Sequence record: NZ_CP090008.1
Strand: one strand, 5' to 3'
Length of the DNA: 64,000 nucleotides
Origin: a plasmid
Position 1 is the first letter of the stretch, and each line of letters begins with the position of its first letter. Made by a program: the position numbers and the translations under genes. The notes under the pieces were generated by a model that did not search any database, was not told where the DNA came from, and saw only the letters and a list, made by a program, of their open reading frames with translations. Positions 50,708-60,052 of the stretch are shown in pieces.

Positions 50708-51520
50708 ATGAAAAAAGTACTGCTTAATGAAGAAATGTATTATACGCCTAACTTTGATTATGATCAATTAAAGAATCGTAGAAAGAAGTTTGCAACCAAT
50801 CGTATCAATTGGTTTATGAACAATAGTCCTAAACAAGACTATCAATTTCCTAAAGACAACCCAACAGATTTTGATTCCAACAAACAGTATAGTTACTATC
50901 AAGAAAATAATGCAGATGATCCGATTCGAAAATTATTTGAAAATCGACGCTCAACGCTTTTAAATTCTTTTGATGGGAAATGGAGTCGTGAAGAACTATT
51001 TAATTTATTGACAATAGCTGTTGGACCCAATCCACGAAAAAGATTTTATCATGGAGAGGAATTAATTTTAAGAAACTATCCATCTGGTGGAGCTTTGTTT
51101 CCAGTAAAACTTTATCTTTTTATCAAGGATGTGGAAGGTATGGAACCGGGTGTTTACTATATTAGTTCTCAGTTGAAAAAATTGATTAAAGTTGAAAGCA
51201 AGGAAAATCTGGTCTGGGACAATCTCTTTCCAATGACTCTTTACAAATTAGACGCATTGAGCAATTCAACAGAAAAAATTAGTTTTGCTGTATTCATGGT
51301 TGTTGATTTTAAGGAATCTTTTAAAAAATATGGAGAACTTTCCGAACGTTTAGCTTTCTTTGAGGCTGGACATGTTGCCCAAAATCTTCAGTTGGTTTCG
51401 AGTCATCTCAACAAAAAATCACTACCCATTTGTGGTCTCTTTCCAGAAGAAGTTGAAAAACAAATTAATATCCAGAACAACGATAGCCAATATTGTGTTT
51501 ACGGTATCCTATTTGGATAA
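50708..51520 (+). CDS. SagB/McbC-type FMN-dependent dehydrogenase (nitroreductase fold)
   Basis: 'FENRRSTLLNSF' (RRS motif) and 'YPSGGALFPV' (PSxGxxxP motif); 270 aa; start 1 nt after the previous stop. Confidence 0.7.
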   Translation: MKKVLLNEEMYYTPNFDYDQLKNRRKKFATNRINWFMNNSPKQDYQFPKDNPTDFDSNKQYSYYQENNADDPIRKLFENRRSTLLNSFDGKWSREELFNLLTIAVGPNPRKRFYHGEELILRNYPSGGALFPVKLYLFIKDVEGMEPGVYYISSQLKKLIKVESKENLVWDNLFPMTLYKLDALSNSTEKISFAVFMVVDFKESFKKYGELSERLAFFEAGHVAQNLQLVSSHLNKKSLPICGLFPEEVEKQINIQNNDSQYCVYGILFG

Positions 51521-51537
51521 AAGCAAGGAGAATTGTT

Positions 51538-52284
51538 ATGCTAATAAATCCATTCCTAACAGTTGAAAATCATAACGGTGTTTATTATTTTTCTGAAAAA
51601 TACGGTAAAACAAAAAAGCCTTTTCTAACTTTACAATCAAAAAGAGAACTGGCTGATTTGATAAATGATAGAGAGCTAAATAAAAAAATTAGTAAGCATC
51701 TTAATTATTCATTTGCAATTCCAGAACATCATAAGGAACTTTTTTCTATATTGGAAGAAAATGTAGCGTTTTGCTCTGAGCTTGTTAACAAAACAATGCT
51801 TGCTAAGTTCTTAATGTACAGATTACATTCTGCGACAATTGAATTCTACAATTACAGTGATTTGAATTTGCAGCATTTAAAAAAGATGTTAGAGTTGGAA
51901 AATGGGACTGAGAGTCGAGTACAAGTTGTTATCTATGACAAAAACAGTCATATTCAGGACTTCCAGCCTACATATAATCAAGGATTGCTTCTATTTTTTG
52001 AAGTATGTGGTGGAAAATTACGTGGGATAGGTCCTTTTGTAGAAGTATCAGCAGATGGCACTAAAATGAGCCATTTTCAGGAAGAGAAAAACGTAGAGAG
52101 AAAAGTCGAGAAAGAAGATAGTTACTGGAATCGATCAATTGAGGAAGTTGTCTTAGATACAGTACTTTCAGCTATTACAGATTATTTTTCAGATTATATT
52201 ACTGTCTCTTCACCTTTTATGTACCGTAGAGCTATCTTGAATGAAGATACAGTTTGTCTTTGTGAAGCATTTTCTCGTCAATGA
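51538..52284 (+). CDS. hypothetical protein, last gene of the operon (~249 aa)
   Basis: RBS 'aaggag' before ATG 51538; the track ORF from 51493 probably overruns the true start. Confidence 0.45.
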   Translation: MLINPFLTVENHNGVYYFSEKYGKTKKPFLTLQSKRELADLINDRELNKKISKHLNYSFAIPEHHKELFSILEENVAFCSELVNKTMLAKFLMYRLHSATIEFYNYSDLNLQHLKKMLELENGTESRVQVVIYDKNSHIQDFQPTYNQGLLLFFEVCGGKLRGIGPFVEVSADGTKMSHFQEEKNVERKVEKEDSYWNRSIEEVVLDTVLSAITDYFSDYITVSSPFMYRRAILNEDTVCLCEAFSRQ

Positions 52285-52589
52285 GTTTCTTAAGACAAGA
52301 TTTATAAATTGTTTGGACTGAGGGTTTTCTCGGTTCTTTTTTTATGGTAAGTTCAAAAATCAGCTGAGCACTCTAGAACCATCATAAAGTATATGAGTAT
52401 GGAGGAGCTCAGGAGTAAGATTATTGAGGAAAAGACATGATTTAATAGGATTGAAAAACAGTCAGACCAACTAATTTCGTAAGCTTTTATACGACTTGTG
52501 CAAAGTGAAGGCTGATAGATTTTGTAGCATTTTTCCATGGACTAAAATATCCAATTCAGCAGTCTTAAAATTCCTTTGTCAAACCAATA

Positions 52590-52735
52590 TCCTTTCTAGA
52601 CTGCTACCTTTATAAATGCTCTCTATTTCGTAACGATCAATTAATCACGACATGAACTTTGTCCTCATAAGTTAATTTAATGAGAAAAGCACCCCAAAAG
52701 TTAGATTTATTTGTCTAACTTTTGGGGTGCAGTTC
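52590..52735 (-). mobile_element. IS3-family left-end fragment (inverted repeat plus first ~25 codons of orfA)
   Basis: 'caccccaaaagttagatttatttgtctaacttttggggtgcagttca' at 52686-52733 and 'ttcgtaacgatcaattaat...gaactttgtcctcataagttaatttaatgag' match the 38000-38215 end of the IS3 element. Confidence 0.7.
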
Positions 52736-52791
52736 AAAAATTATTTGCACACGGAGAAGATAATATTATTTTAGTAACTAATTTTTTATGA

Positions 52792-53166
52792 TTATTCGCT
52801 CTTTATTTCTATGAAATCATCGATGTATCCTTTTATTAATTCTAGTAGTGTTGTATAGCTGTAATTTGAAGATAAGTCAATAATTCCTAGAAGTTCAAGG
52901 TGATTTTCGAAAATATAATTATAGTCAACATCCGACGTTAGTAGTACGATTTGTGCAGAGTTCTCATTGTTTCGAATAGCTTTCACCATGGTTCTGTAAT
53001 TGCTTTTTTGAGTAATTATGATAAAATATAGACTAAGAAATTCATGAGAGATTTTAATAGTTTTTAATGGGCTATCCATCTTGCATTGAATTTTTTTCTG
53101 TTTACAGTAATGTTTGATGGACAGGTATAGTCTTAGCGACGTTAATAACTGCCGAAATAATTTCAA
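52792..53166 (-). CDS. hypothetical protein (124 aa); weak resemblance to a receiver-domain fragment
   Basis: ORF; '...AQIVLLTSDVDYNYIFENHLELLGIIDL' is loosely similar to 'ATIVFVTTHSEFMPITFKYKVAALDFVDK' of the adjacent response regulator. Confidence 0.3.
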   Translation of the reverse strand: MKLFRQLLTSLRLYLSIKHYCKQKKIQCKMDSPLKTIKISHEFLSLYFIIITQKSNYRTMVKAIRNNENSAQIVLLTSDVDYNYIFENHLELLGIIDLSSNYSYTTLLELIKGYIDDFIEIKSE

Positions 53167-53296
53167 TATATATTCCTTCTATTCTATGAGATTTGACTTT
53201 ATTATAATATTTTAGAAGAGGAAATATTGGGTTTATCAAAAACGGTCTGTATATTGTCATTAACAGTCATCATTTTTAATAGTTTAGGAGAAAAGG

Positions 53297-54028
53297 ATGA
53301 TTAACATCTTTGTTCTAGAAGACGAAATTTTACAGCAATCTCGTATTGAAAATACGATAACAGAAGTTCTAACAAAGCATTCTTGGAAATGTAAGGGACC
53401 TGAGATTTTTGGGAAACCCTCTCAAATGCTAGAAGCAATAGTTGAACGTGGTTCCCATCAACTATTCTTTCTAGATATTGAAATAAGGGGAGAAGAGAAA
53501 AAAGGATTAGATATTGCTAGACAAATACGTGAACAAGATCCACATGCCACAATCGTATTTGTAACGACGCATTCAGAGTTTATGCCTATAACTTTTAAAT
53601 ACAAAGTAGCTGCTTTAGACTTTGTTGATAAAGCCCTAGGAAACGAACAATTTACTTATCGGATTGAATCTATTATCGAGTATGCCATGGAAAAAGAAGG
53701 ACAGGCAGTCTCTCAAGATGCCTTTAAGTTTGAAACATCTTTGGCACAAGTTCAGGTTCCTTTTAATAAAGTATTGTATTTTGAGACTTCCCCAACGGTT
53801 CACAAAGTAATTCTACATACGACAGATGAACGTCTTGAGTTTTATGCAAGTATATCGGAAGTTGAAAGGGCAGATGAACGACTATATCGTTGTCATAAGT
53901 CTTTTGTTGTCAATCCGGAAAATATTGAAAAAATAGATAAAGAACAAAGAATTGTTTATTTTGATGGGGACCAAAATTGTTTAATCTCTCGTTCAAAAAT
54001 GAAGGGCTTGAAAGAACGGATTAAATAG
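53297..54028 (+). CDS. LytTR-family two-component response regulator (AgrA/ComE/BlpR-like)
   Basis: N-terminal receiver with 'IFVLEDE', 'FFLDIEI' and 'IVFVTTH'; C-terminal LytTR domain '...LYRCHKSFVVNPENIEKID'. Confidence 0.85.
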   Translation: MINIFVLEDEILQQSRIENTITEVLTKHSWKCKGPEIFGKPSQMLEAIVERGSHQLFFLDIEIRGEEKKGLDIARQIREQDPHATIVFVTTHSEFMPITFKYKVAALDFVDKALGNEQFTYRIESIIEYAMEKEGQAVSQDAFKFETSLAQVQVPFNKVLYFETSPTVHKVILHTTDERLEFYASISEVERADERLYRCHKSFVVNPENIEKIDKEQRIVYFDGDQNCLISRSKMKGLKERIK

Positions 54029-54064
54029 CAAAGTATACCAGAAAAGTAATGGAAAGGTCAGCTT

Positions 54065-55378
54065 ATGGAAATGTTATTTGAACATTTGACATTTGTCGCC
54101 CACATAATTGTTGTCTTATTGCTGTATCAACACATTAGTGGAAATAAATTCAAGTGGTATTGGTTTATCATTTTTCCAATAACATTTAGGATTCTTTTCC
54201 TGCTGGTTCCACCACTAGCTTATTTTGCCTATATATTCTTCCTGCCCGTCTATTCTCTATATCGAAATAAGTATGGTAGTAGGTTGTTGGATGTTTTTTA
54301 TAGTTTTTATCCCATTGTAGTAGAAAGCTTGATTGGACGTGTATTAGCTTTCTATCTGTTTCCTATACTTGGATTTAACCAAGTTATGATTAACACACAT
54401 TATTGGATAAATTTTATAATAGAAGTTTCAATTTACCCACTATACTTCTATTTTACGAAGTTTGTGAAAATTGATTTTTACAATTTACAAAAAGGAGTTA
54501 AGAAAAATTATTTAAGCCGCTACTTTGTTCTCATGAATGTATCGATGTTTTTTTACATAATTTTGTTGCAGGTACTGGTGATAGGAGAAGGTTTTATTCC
54601 AAATGCAGTAGAACATCGTGAACATTTAGTAGGGATTTATGTTGTCATATTTTTTGTAATGCTGATTTATTTAAACTCAACTCTTACTGAGAAATTAGAG
54701 TTAGAGTTGCTTTATCAAAAAAACAAACAATTAGAAGAATTGTCAGTTTATAGCAAGCATGTTGAATCCTTATATAACGAAATCAGAAGCTTCAGACATG
54801 ACTATATCAATGTTCTGACGAGTATACAAGAAGGAATTGAACTTAAAGATATCGAGGCTATCCAAGAAGTTTATGATAATGTCTTGTCTAAGACAAAAGA
54901 GAATTTTTCAAATAGTAAGTACGACTTCGCTAATCTTTCTAATATTACGAATACTGCAATTAAAAGTGTTGTTTCTGCCAAATTGTTAGAAGCTCAAAGT
55001 AAGAACGTAGAAGTGCATATCGAAGTTGAAAGCCTAGTAAGTCTTTCCAACATGGACGCTTTGGATATAATAACGATATTATCTATTCTTTTAGATAATG
55101 CTATCGAAGCAGCCTGCTTGGCAGAAAAGCCATGTTTAACTTTGGCTATTTTCCAAGAAAAAGATAGTGATATTATTGTTGTAGAAAACTCTATTCGAGA
55201 AGAAAAAATCAATATTTCTAAAATCTTTGACCTGGGGTACTCTTCAAAAGGAGAGAATAGGGGAATTGGATTATCAAACGTGCATGACATTTTGGATAAA
55301 TATCCTGCGGCCTTTATTAAAACAAGTAGCCGAAAACATTTATTTAGACAAACTATTGAAATCAAAAGAGTTTGTTAA
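54065..55378 (+). CDS. HPK10-type (AgrC/ComD/BlpH-like) membrane histidine kinase
   Basis: ~6 N-terminal transmembrane helices; C-terminal HATPase region 'LSILLDNAIEAA', 'DLGYSSKGENRGIGLSNV'. Confidence 0.8.
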   Translation: MEMLFEHLTFVAHIIVVLLLYQHISGNKFKWYWFIIFPITFRILFLLVPPLAYFAYIFFLPVYSLYRNKYGSRLLDVFYSFYPIVVESLIGRVLAFYLFPILGFNQVMINTHYWINFIIEVSIYPLYFYFTKFVKIDFYNLQKGVKKNYLSRYFVLMNVSMFFYIILLQVLVIGEGFIPNAVEHREHLVGIYVVIFFVMLIYLNSTLTEKLELELLYQKNKQLEELSVYSKHVESLYNEIRSFRHDYINVLTSIQEGIELKDIEAIQEVYDNVLSKTKENFSNSKYDFANLSNITNTAIKSVVSAKLLEAQSKNVEVHIEVESLVSLSNMDALDIITILSILLDNAIEAACLAEKPCLTLAIFQEKDSDIIVVENSIREEKINISKIFDLGYSSKGENRGIGLSNVHDILDKYPAAFIKTSSRKHLFRQTIEIKRVC

Positions 55379-56076
55379 CTTTAGTGAGTTAGTGTCAGGA
55401 ATTGCCTAGACGTAACTAATTGTAAGTCCACTAAAAAGTGAACTTGGTAGTTAAAATAAAAAAGGAGGAATCTATCTTATATTTGGGTAGGTTCCTCCTT
55501 TTAAGTTTCTTTGGCTCTTAGTCAACTGTAGTGAGTGACGAAAAGCTATCAATAAAGAGCTAAAAAAACTAGGGCCATTGCCCTAGTTGTAAGGAGGTTA
55601 GTTCACATCTTGGTTTATAGGAGATTATGATGTGAACTGGATTGGATTAGGAGTCTCTGTTTCTGTTAGGAGGATTAGAGACTGAAAGGATTAATTTTCG
55701 AGTGTAGTTTCATCGAACTACAAGAAAATTATAGCAGTTTATGAGAAAGGACACAATGGACTTAGGGGGGGTCACATCTCTTATTATTAGAGAATTAGGT
55801 TAGTAGAATTTGATGGATCCGTAAAAGAGCTTACTACGCAATCTGTGGAGAAAAAATCAGATATGTTATTACAGGCAGTTTTGAGGAACGATCAAGGAAG
55901 CTCTGTCTTAAACATAAAGAAATACTTTAATAGGTTATATTTTTATAGTGAACCTACCATCATGGAGTGCTATAATGTCAATCGAAGAGAATAGTCTTAA
56001 TGACATAATGTATCCAACAACAATACCTCATTATCTCTCTTCATTGTAGTCTTTTGTTATTCAAAGAGGTAGAATT

Positions 56077-56970
56077 ATGAATTATGTAGCTAGAATCAAC
56101 TTAAAAACGGGTACATCCTATCGTAACGAATTAATTGATTTTTGTTTAAAAGGAGAACAACAGTATTTGGCTATTGGTTGGAGTCGAATATATGGTGAGG
56201 GAGAAGTATTAACTTATTCTGAATTTTATGAACGACTTCGTCAAGAGCCTGGTCGATTAAATACTGTGCTGAATATTTTTAAGAATACACATGAAGATAA
56301 TTTGTTTTGGACACGTGATTTAGATGGTAATTATTGGATATGTAGAGCTAAAGGCGAGGTGCTTACAAGGTGTAATAAAAGGTTAGACGTAGGAGCACTT
56401 TTACCGATAGATGCTTATAAATTTGGTATGCAAGTGCCAGGACAAATCAAGGCAGCATTCAACAGAGCTAATGCTGGAACGGCACAGAAAATTTATGATG
56501 CTATTATAGTTGAGTACTCAAAAGCTATTTATAATAAACTCTCTCAAACGAATCACTATGAGGTTGCTCGTTTAGAAGGTAGTTTATTGGATAACCTGCC
56601 TGATTTTGATTTGGAAGAGCTAGTGATTTCCTATATACAGGTAAATTATGACTATTATGTTCTTTCGAATTCTATTGCAAGCAAATCGACGACAATAAAA
56701 GTAGAATGCGAGTTTTTATCTAGAGATCCTAAACGGGTGAGAAAGGCAGTTGTTCAAGTAAAGGGTAGAAAAGCCGAAGCACTTGATGCATTACAATTTG
56801 AAGATTTTACCCAGAATGGTTACGAGGTGTTCCTCTTTGCACCAGAAGTATTAAATGCTGATAAGGTGGATAATATTGTCGTTATTACGCCAAATGAATT
56901 AATTGACTTTTACGAGAATTATAAAGTAATACTTCCAGACTCCATCACACAGTGGGAGAATTTATACTAA
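56077..56970 (+). CDS. hypothetical protein (297 aa)
   Basis: ORF preceded by RBS 'agaggtag'. Confidence 0.45.
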   Translation: MNYVARINLKTGTSYRNELIDFCLKGEQQYLAIGWSRIYGEGEVLTYSEFYERLRQEPGRLNTVLNIFKNTHEDNLFWTRDLDGNYWICRAKGEVLTRCNKRLDVGALLPIDAYKFGMQVPGQIKAAFNRANAGTAQKIYDAIIVEYSKAIYNKLSQTNHYEVARLEGSLLDNLPDFDLEELVISYIQVNYDYYVLSNSIASKSTTIKVECEFLSRDPKRVRKAVVQVKGRKAEALDALQFEDFTQNGYEVFLFAPEVLNADKVDNIVVITPNELIDFYENYKVILPDSITQWENLY

Positions 56971-57282
56971 TCTAGTTTACTATTTGTGAATCTTCAATTA
57001 TGAGTAATGATTGAACTCATTTTCTTTGACACATATGGCACTATTAGGTACTTGATGTTAGTCTGATTTCCTAGACACGTTTTGGTAGGATAATATCAAC
57101 CCAAAGAGATATCTAAGAGTTACAAAAATATACTAAAGAATTCAAAGAAACCATTACTTAATTGCATGAGTCAGGAAAGCCAGTCTCAGAGCTTGTTAAG
57201 GATGGGATTGAATAGCCACAAGCTCTTTTATAGGGAAGAAGTAACTCGTCTCTAATGATTTACAACAAGGGAAGGAGAATAA

Positions 57283-58029
57283 TTGGAAACAATCAAAGAT
57301 AACTTGAAGCGTTGTGATGCATTTTATAAAAGCGATTTTTACCAATTTCTAGAGAAACATCATCCAAACTATATTGCGAATATTTTTGACCACTTATGTG
57401 AGGATCCAGATGCTGGAGATGTTAGTTTATACCAAGATTTAAGCAATAAATTTCAATTATCGGCTAGAAAAGATCACTTGATAGATGTAGTTGAAGGACG
57501 GAAGATTCGACTCGCAGCCGATATAATTTGTGGTAGAAAGCAAATTGCCGATTTTCATAACAATGATTATGAAAAGTGGAGAAAAGATTATGAGCTTGTT
57601 CGTTCTAATTTAAACCTTCATTTTTTGTGGCCTAAGCATAAGCCTCCAACGATTAATACTTATCGCTACACTAAATATTTAGATAGAATTGATTATTTAC
57701 TTTTTGATTTAAAATGTTATTTTAAAGGACAAGAGAATCAAGAGAATCTGAATACTCCGATGAAGGATGCCTATGAAAGTGAAGAAACAGCGATTTGGTT
57801 AGGGCAGTTTAATAGAGATTTCAAGTACTTTATTGATAAAATGAAGTTACAGGCATTTGTTAATGACAACTATGATGTTTTAGATATCAGTACAGGTCAA
57901 ACTGAGATTATACAAGGTATCATTTCTCTAAAAGAGATATCAGAGACACTAAATCTATATATGGAAAATCTATTAAGGTTAAATAGCCAAAATGTCTTTA
58001 ATAAAGAGTGTCCCCCAACCCAAGATTAA
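57283..58029 (+). CDS. hypothetical protein (248 aa)
   Basis: ORF with RBS 'aaggag'. Confidence 0.45.
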   Translation: METIKDNLKRCDAFYKSDFYQFLEKHHPNYIANIFDHLCEDPDAGDVSLYQDLSNKFQLSARKDHLIDVVEGRKIRLAADIICGRKQIADFHNNDYEKWRKDYELVRSNLNLHFLWPKHKPPTINTYRYTKYLDRIDYLLFDLKCYFKGQENQENLNTPMKDAYESEETAIWLGQFNRDFKYFIDKMKLQAFVNDNYDVLDISTGQTEIIQGIISLKEISETLNLYMENLLRLNSQNVFNKECPPTQD

Positions 58030-58076
58030 TGTGATGATATTTATGTGTTAAAAAATTAAGCTAGGAAGTTAAGAAT

Positions 58077-58583
58077 ATGGAAATCAAAAATCACTTTGGT
58101 GTATATGGTATTTGTTTTGAGAATGGGAAATTGCTATGCATTGAGAAAACGAGAGGACCTTATCAGCATCGTTTTGATTTACCGGGTGGTAGTCAAGAAC
58201 TAGGTGAGGGACTGACAGAAACCCTCGAACGAGAGGTTCTAGAAGAGACGGGCTATACGCTTAGCCGTTATTCAAATCCTAGGATTTATGATGTAATGGT
58301 TCAAGAAGGTGGGCAAGACTTCGCAGTACATCACATCATGGCCTTTTATGATATCGTGCTCGATTTTGAGCGCTCTCAAAAATCCCTTCCTCAAGAGGTT
58401 CTTGATGGAAGCAATGATTCAGCAAATGCAATTTGGGTTCCTTTCGAGCAGATTACCGAAGAAAATGCCTCACCCTTAGTATTGAAGGTGAAGGCAGAGT
58501 TAGTAGGAATTCCAGAATTACAACTGACAAGCTATAGAAATTGGAAGGTAAAAGTAAAGAAGGAGAACACACGACACCTCTAG
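58077..58583 (+). CDS. NUDIX hydrolase
   Basis: Nudix box 'GGSQELGEGLTETLEREVLEETGY' (Gx5Ex7REUxEExGU). Confidence 0.85.
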   Translation: MEIKNHFGVYGICFENGKLLCIEKTRGPYQHRFDLPGGSQELGEGLTETLEREVLEETGYTLSRYSNPRIYDVMVQEGGQDFAVHHIMAFYDIVLDFERSQKSLPQEVLDGSNDSANAIWVPFEQITEENASPLVLKVKAELVGIPELQLTSYRNWKVKVKKENTRHL

Positions 58584-58759
58584 AGATGAGGAATGCCAAA
58601 AAGCAAATCAAACCCTCTATTTTGTGTTACACAACTTATTTTATATTACCCGAAGACTTGGAATATGAGATTTATATTGATTTAAAGCTTGTTTCGGAGT
58701 ATATTTTAGATGATACAATTTTTATACACCCTCAAATTAAGAGTCTCAAAAGGTGAAAT

Positions 58760-60049
58760 ATGGTTATGGATACTTCAAATGATAAATATAAATTAACAAA
58801 AACTCGTGATTACGAAGATAAAGAAGGAAAAACTAAAGACATGGAATCCAATTCACAAGCTTCAACGACAGAGCCTCATATTAATAGTTATTCAGAACTC
58901 TTATTATCTGTAAAAAATTTAGTATTTCGTGGGGCACCAGGAACTGGAAAAACGTATCTTTCTAAGCAAATTGCAGCGAACATTGTTTCTAATGGTAGAA
59001 CGAGTGAGATAAGTCAGTTGTCAGAGGAGGAAATGAACCAAATTGATTTTGTCCAATTTCATCCTTCATATGATTATACTGACTTTGTTGAAGGCTTCCG
59101 TCCTTCGGAAGTTGAAAATAATCAAATTGGTTTTACTCTAAAACCAGGAAAGTTTAAAAGATTTATTGCAAAAGCTCAAAAAGTTGAGACGGTTGATCGG
59201 CAAGATAATTTTGCTCAAGCATGGGAAAAATTTTTTGAGGCAGTGACTGAAGCTGAAGAAACATCTCAAGGATATAATGAACTGAAAACATTGACGGGTA
59301 AGCCAATGACAAATATGGTGTCTTATGATAACAATGGTGTGCAAGGAATCTATAAAAAAGATACAAAACAGTATCTTAATTATAATCAAATATATAATGT
59401 TTATAGAGGTTTGCCTGGGGTTCCCGAGGGTGGATTTGATACCTATAGAAAAGCAGTTGTTAAGCACTTGAAAGAAAAATTTGGCCTAAAGGATTATGTT
59501 GCTGGTGAAGAAAAAAATGATAAAGATAAGTTTGTTTTTATCATTGATGAAATCAACCGTGGTGAGATCTCGAAGATTTTTGGAGAGTTATTTTTCTCTG
59601 TTGATCCTGACTATAGAGGAATTAAAGGTGCAGTAAATACACAGTATAACTCTAAGGAAAAATTATATATACCTGAAAATGTTTATATTATTGGGACAAT
59701 GAATGACATTGACCGATCAGTTGAAACCTTCGATTTCGCAATGAGAAGGAGATTCACCTTTGTTGAAGTTACTGCCGAGGAGTCGGCTCAAAATATGCAC
59801 CTTAATGATGAAACGAAAAGAATCATGTACAGATTAAATAATGCAATTATTGAGGAGGGCCATTTAAATCAAGACTATCAGATTGGTGCAAGTTACTTCA
59901 AGGGTCTTGATAAAGGAACAATTTCAATAGAAAATTTATGGGACTACAAGTTAAACCCGTTATTAAAGGATTATTTTCGTGGTGAGAGATTAGCTGATGA
60001 AAAGATGAAAGCTTTGGAAAAAGCTTACTTTGGTACTAGTGAGGACTAG
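58760..60049 (+). CDS. McrB-like AAA+ GTPase (type IV restriction system subunit)
   Basis: Walker A 'FRGAPGTGKTYL'; McrB signature 'FIIDEINRGEISKIFGELF'; 'IIGTMNDIDRS'. Confidence 0.75.
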   Translation: MVMDTSNDKYKLTKTRDYEDKEGKTKDMESNSQASTTEPHINSYSELLLSVKNLVFRGAPGTGKTYLSKQIAANIVSNGRTSEISQLSEEEMNQIDFVQFHPSYDYTDFVEGFRPSEVENNQIGFTLKPGKFKRFIAKAQKVETVDRQDNFAQAWEKFFEAVTEAEETSQGYNELKTLTGKPMTNMVSYDNNGVQGIYKKDTKQYLNYNQIYNVYRGLPGVPEGGFDTYRKAVVKHLKEKFGLKDYVAGEEKNDKDKFVFIIDEINRGEISKIFGELFFSVDPDYRGIKGAVNTQYNSKEKLYIPENVYIIGTMNDIDRSVETFDFAMRRRFTFVEVTAEESAQNMHLNDETKRIMYRLNNAIIEEGHLNQDYQIGASYFKGLDKGTISIENLWDYKLNPLLKDYFRGERLADEKMKALEKAYFGTSED

Positions 60050-60052
60050 TCT

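Noticed and set aside
38817-52284. Streptolysin S-like (sag) cluster
   Set aside because: The precursor lacks the poly-Cys/Thr SagA core and FxxxB leader. Split LanB-type genes and a second YcaO are present, and there is no SagC-like E1 protein or SagE CaaX protease.
58541-58756. 71-aa ORF overlapping the 3' end of the NUDIX gene
   Set aside because: It overlaps a confidently called gene in another frame and no RBS was identified, so it is probably spurious. At most it could be a small leader ORF for the McrB-like gene.
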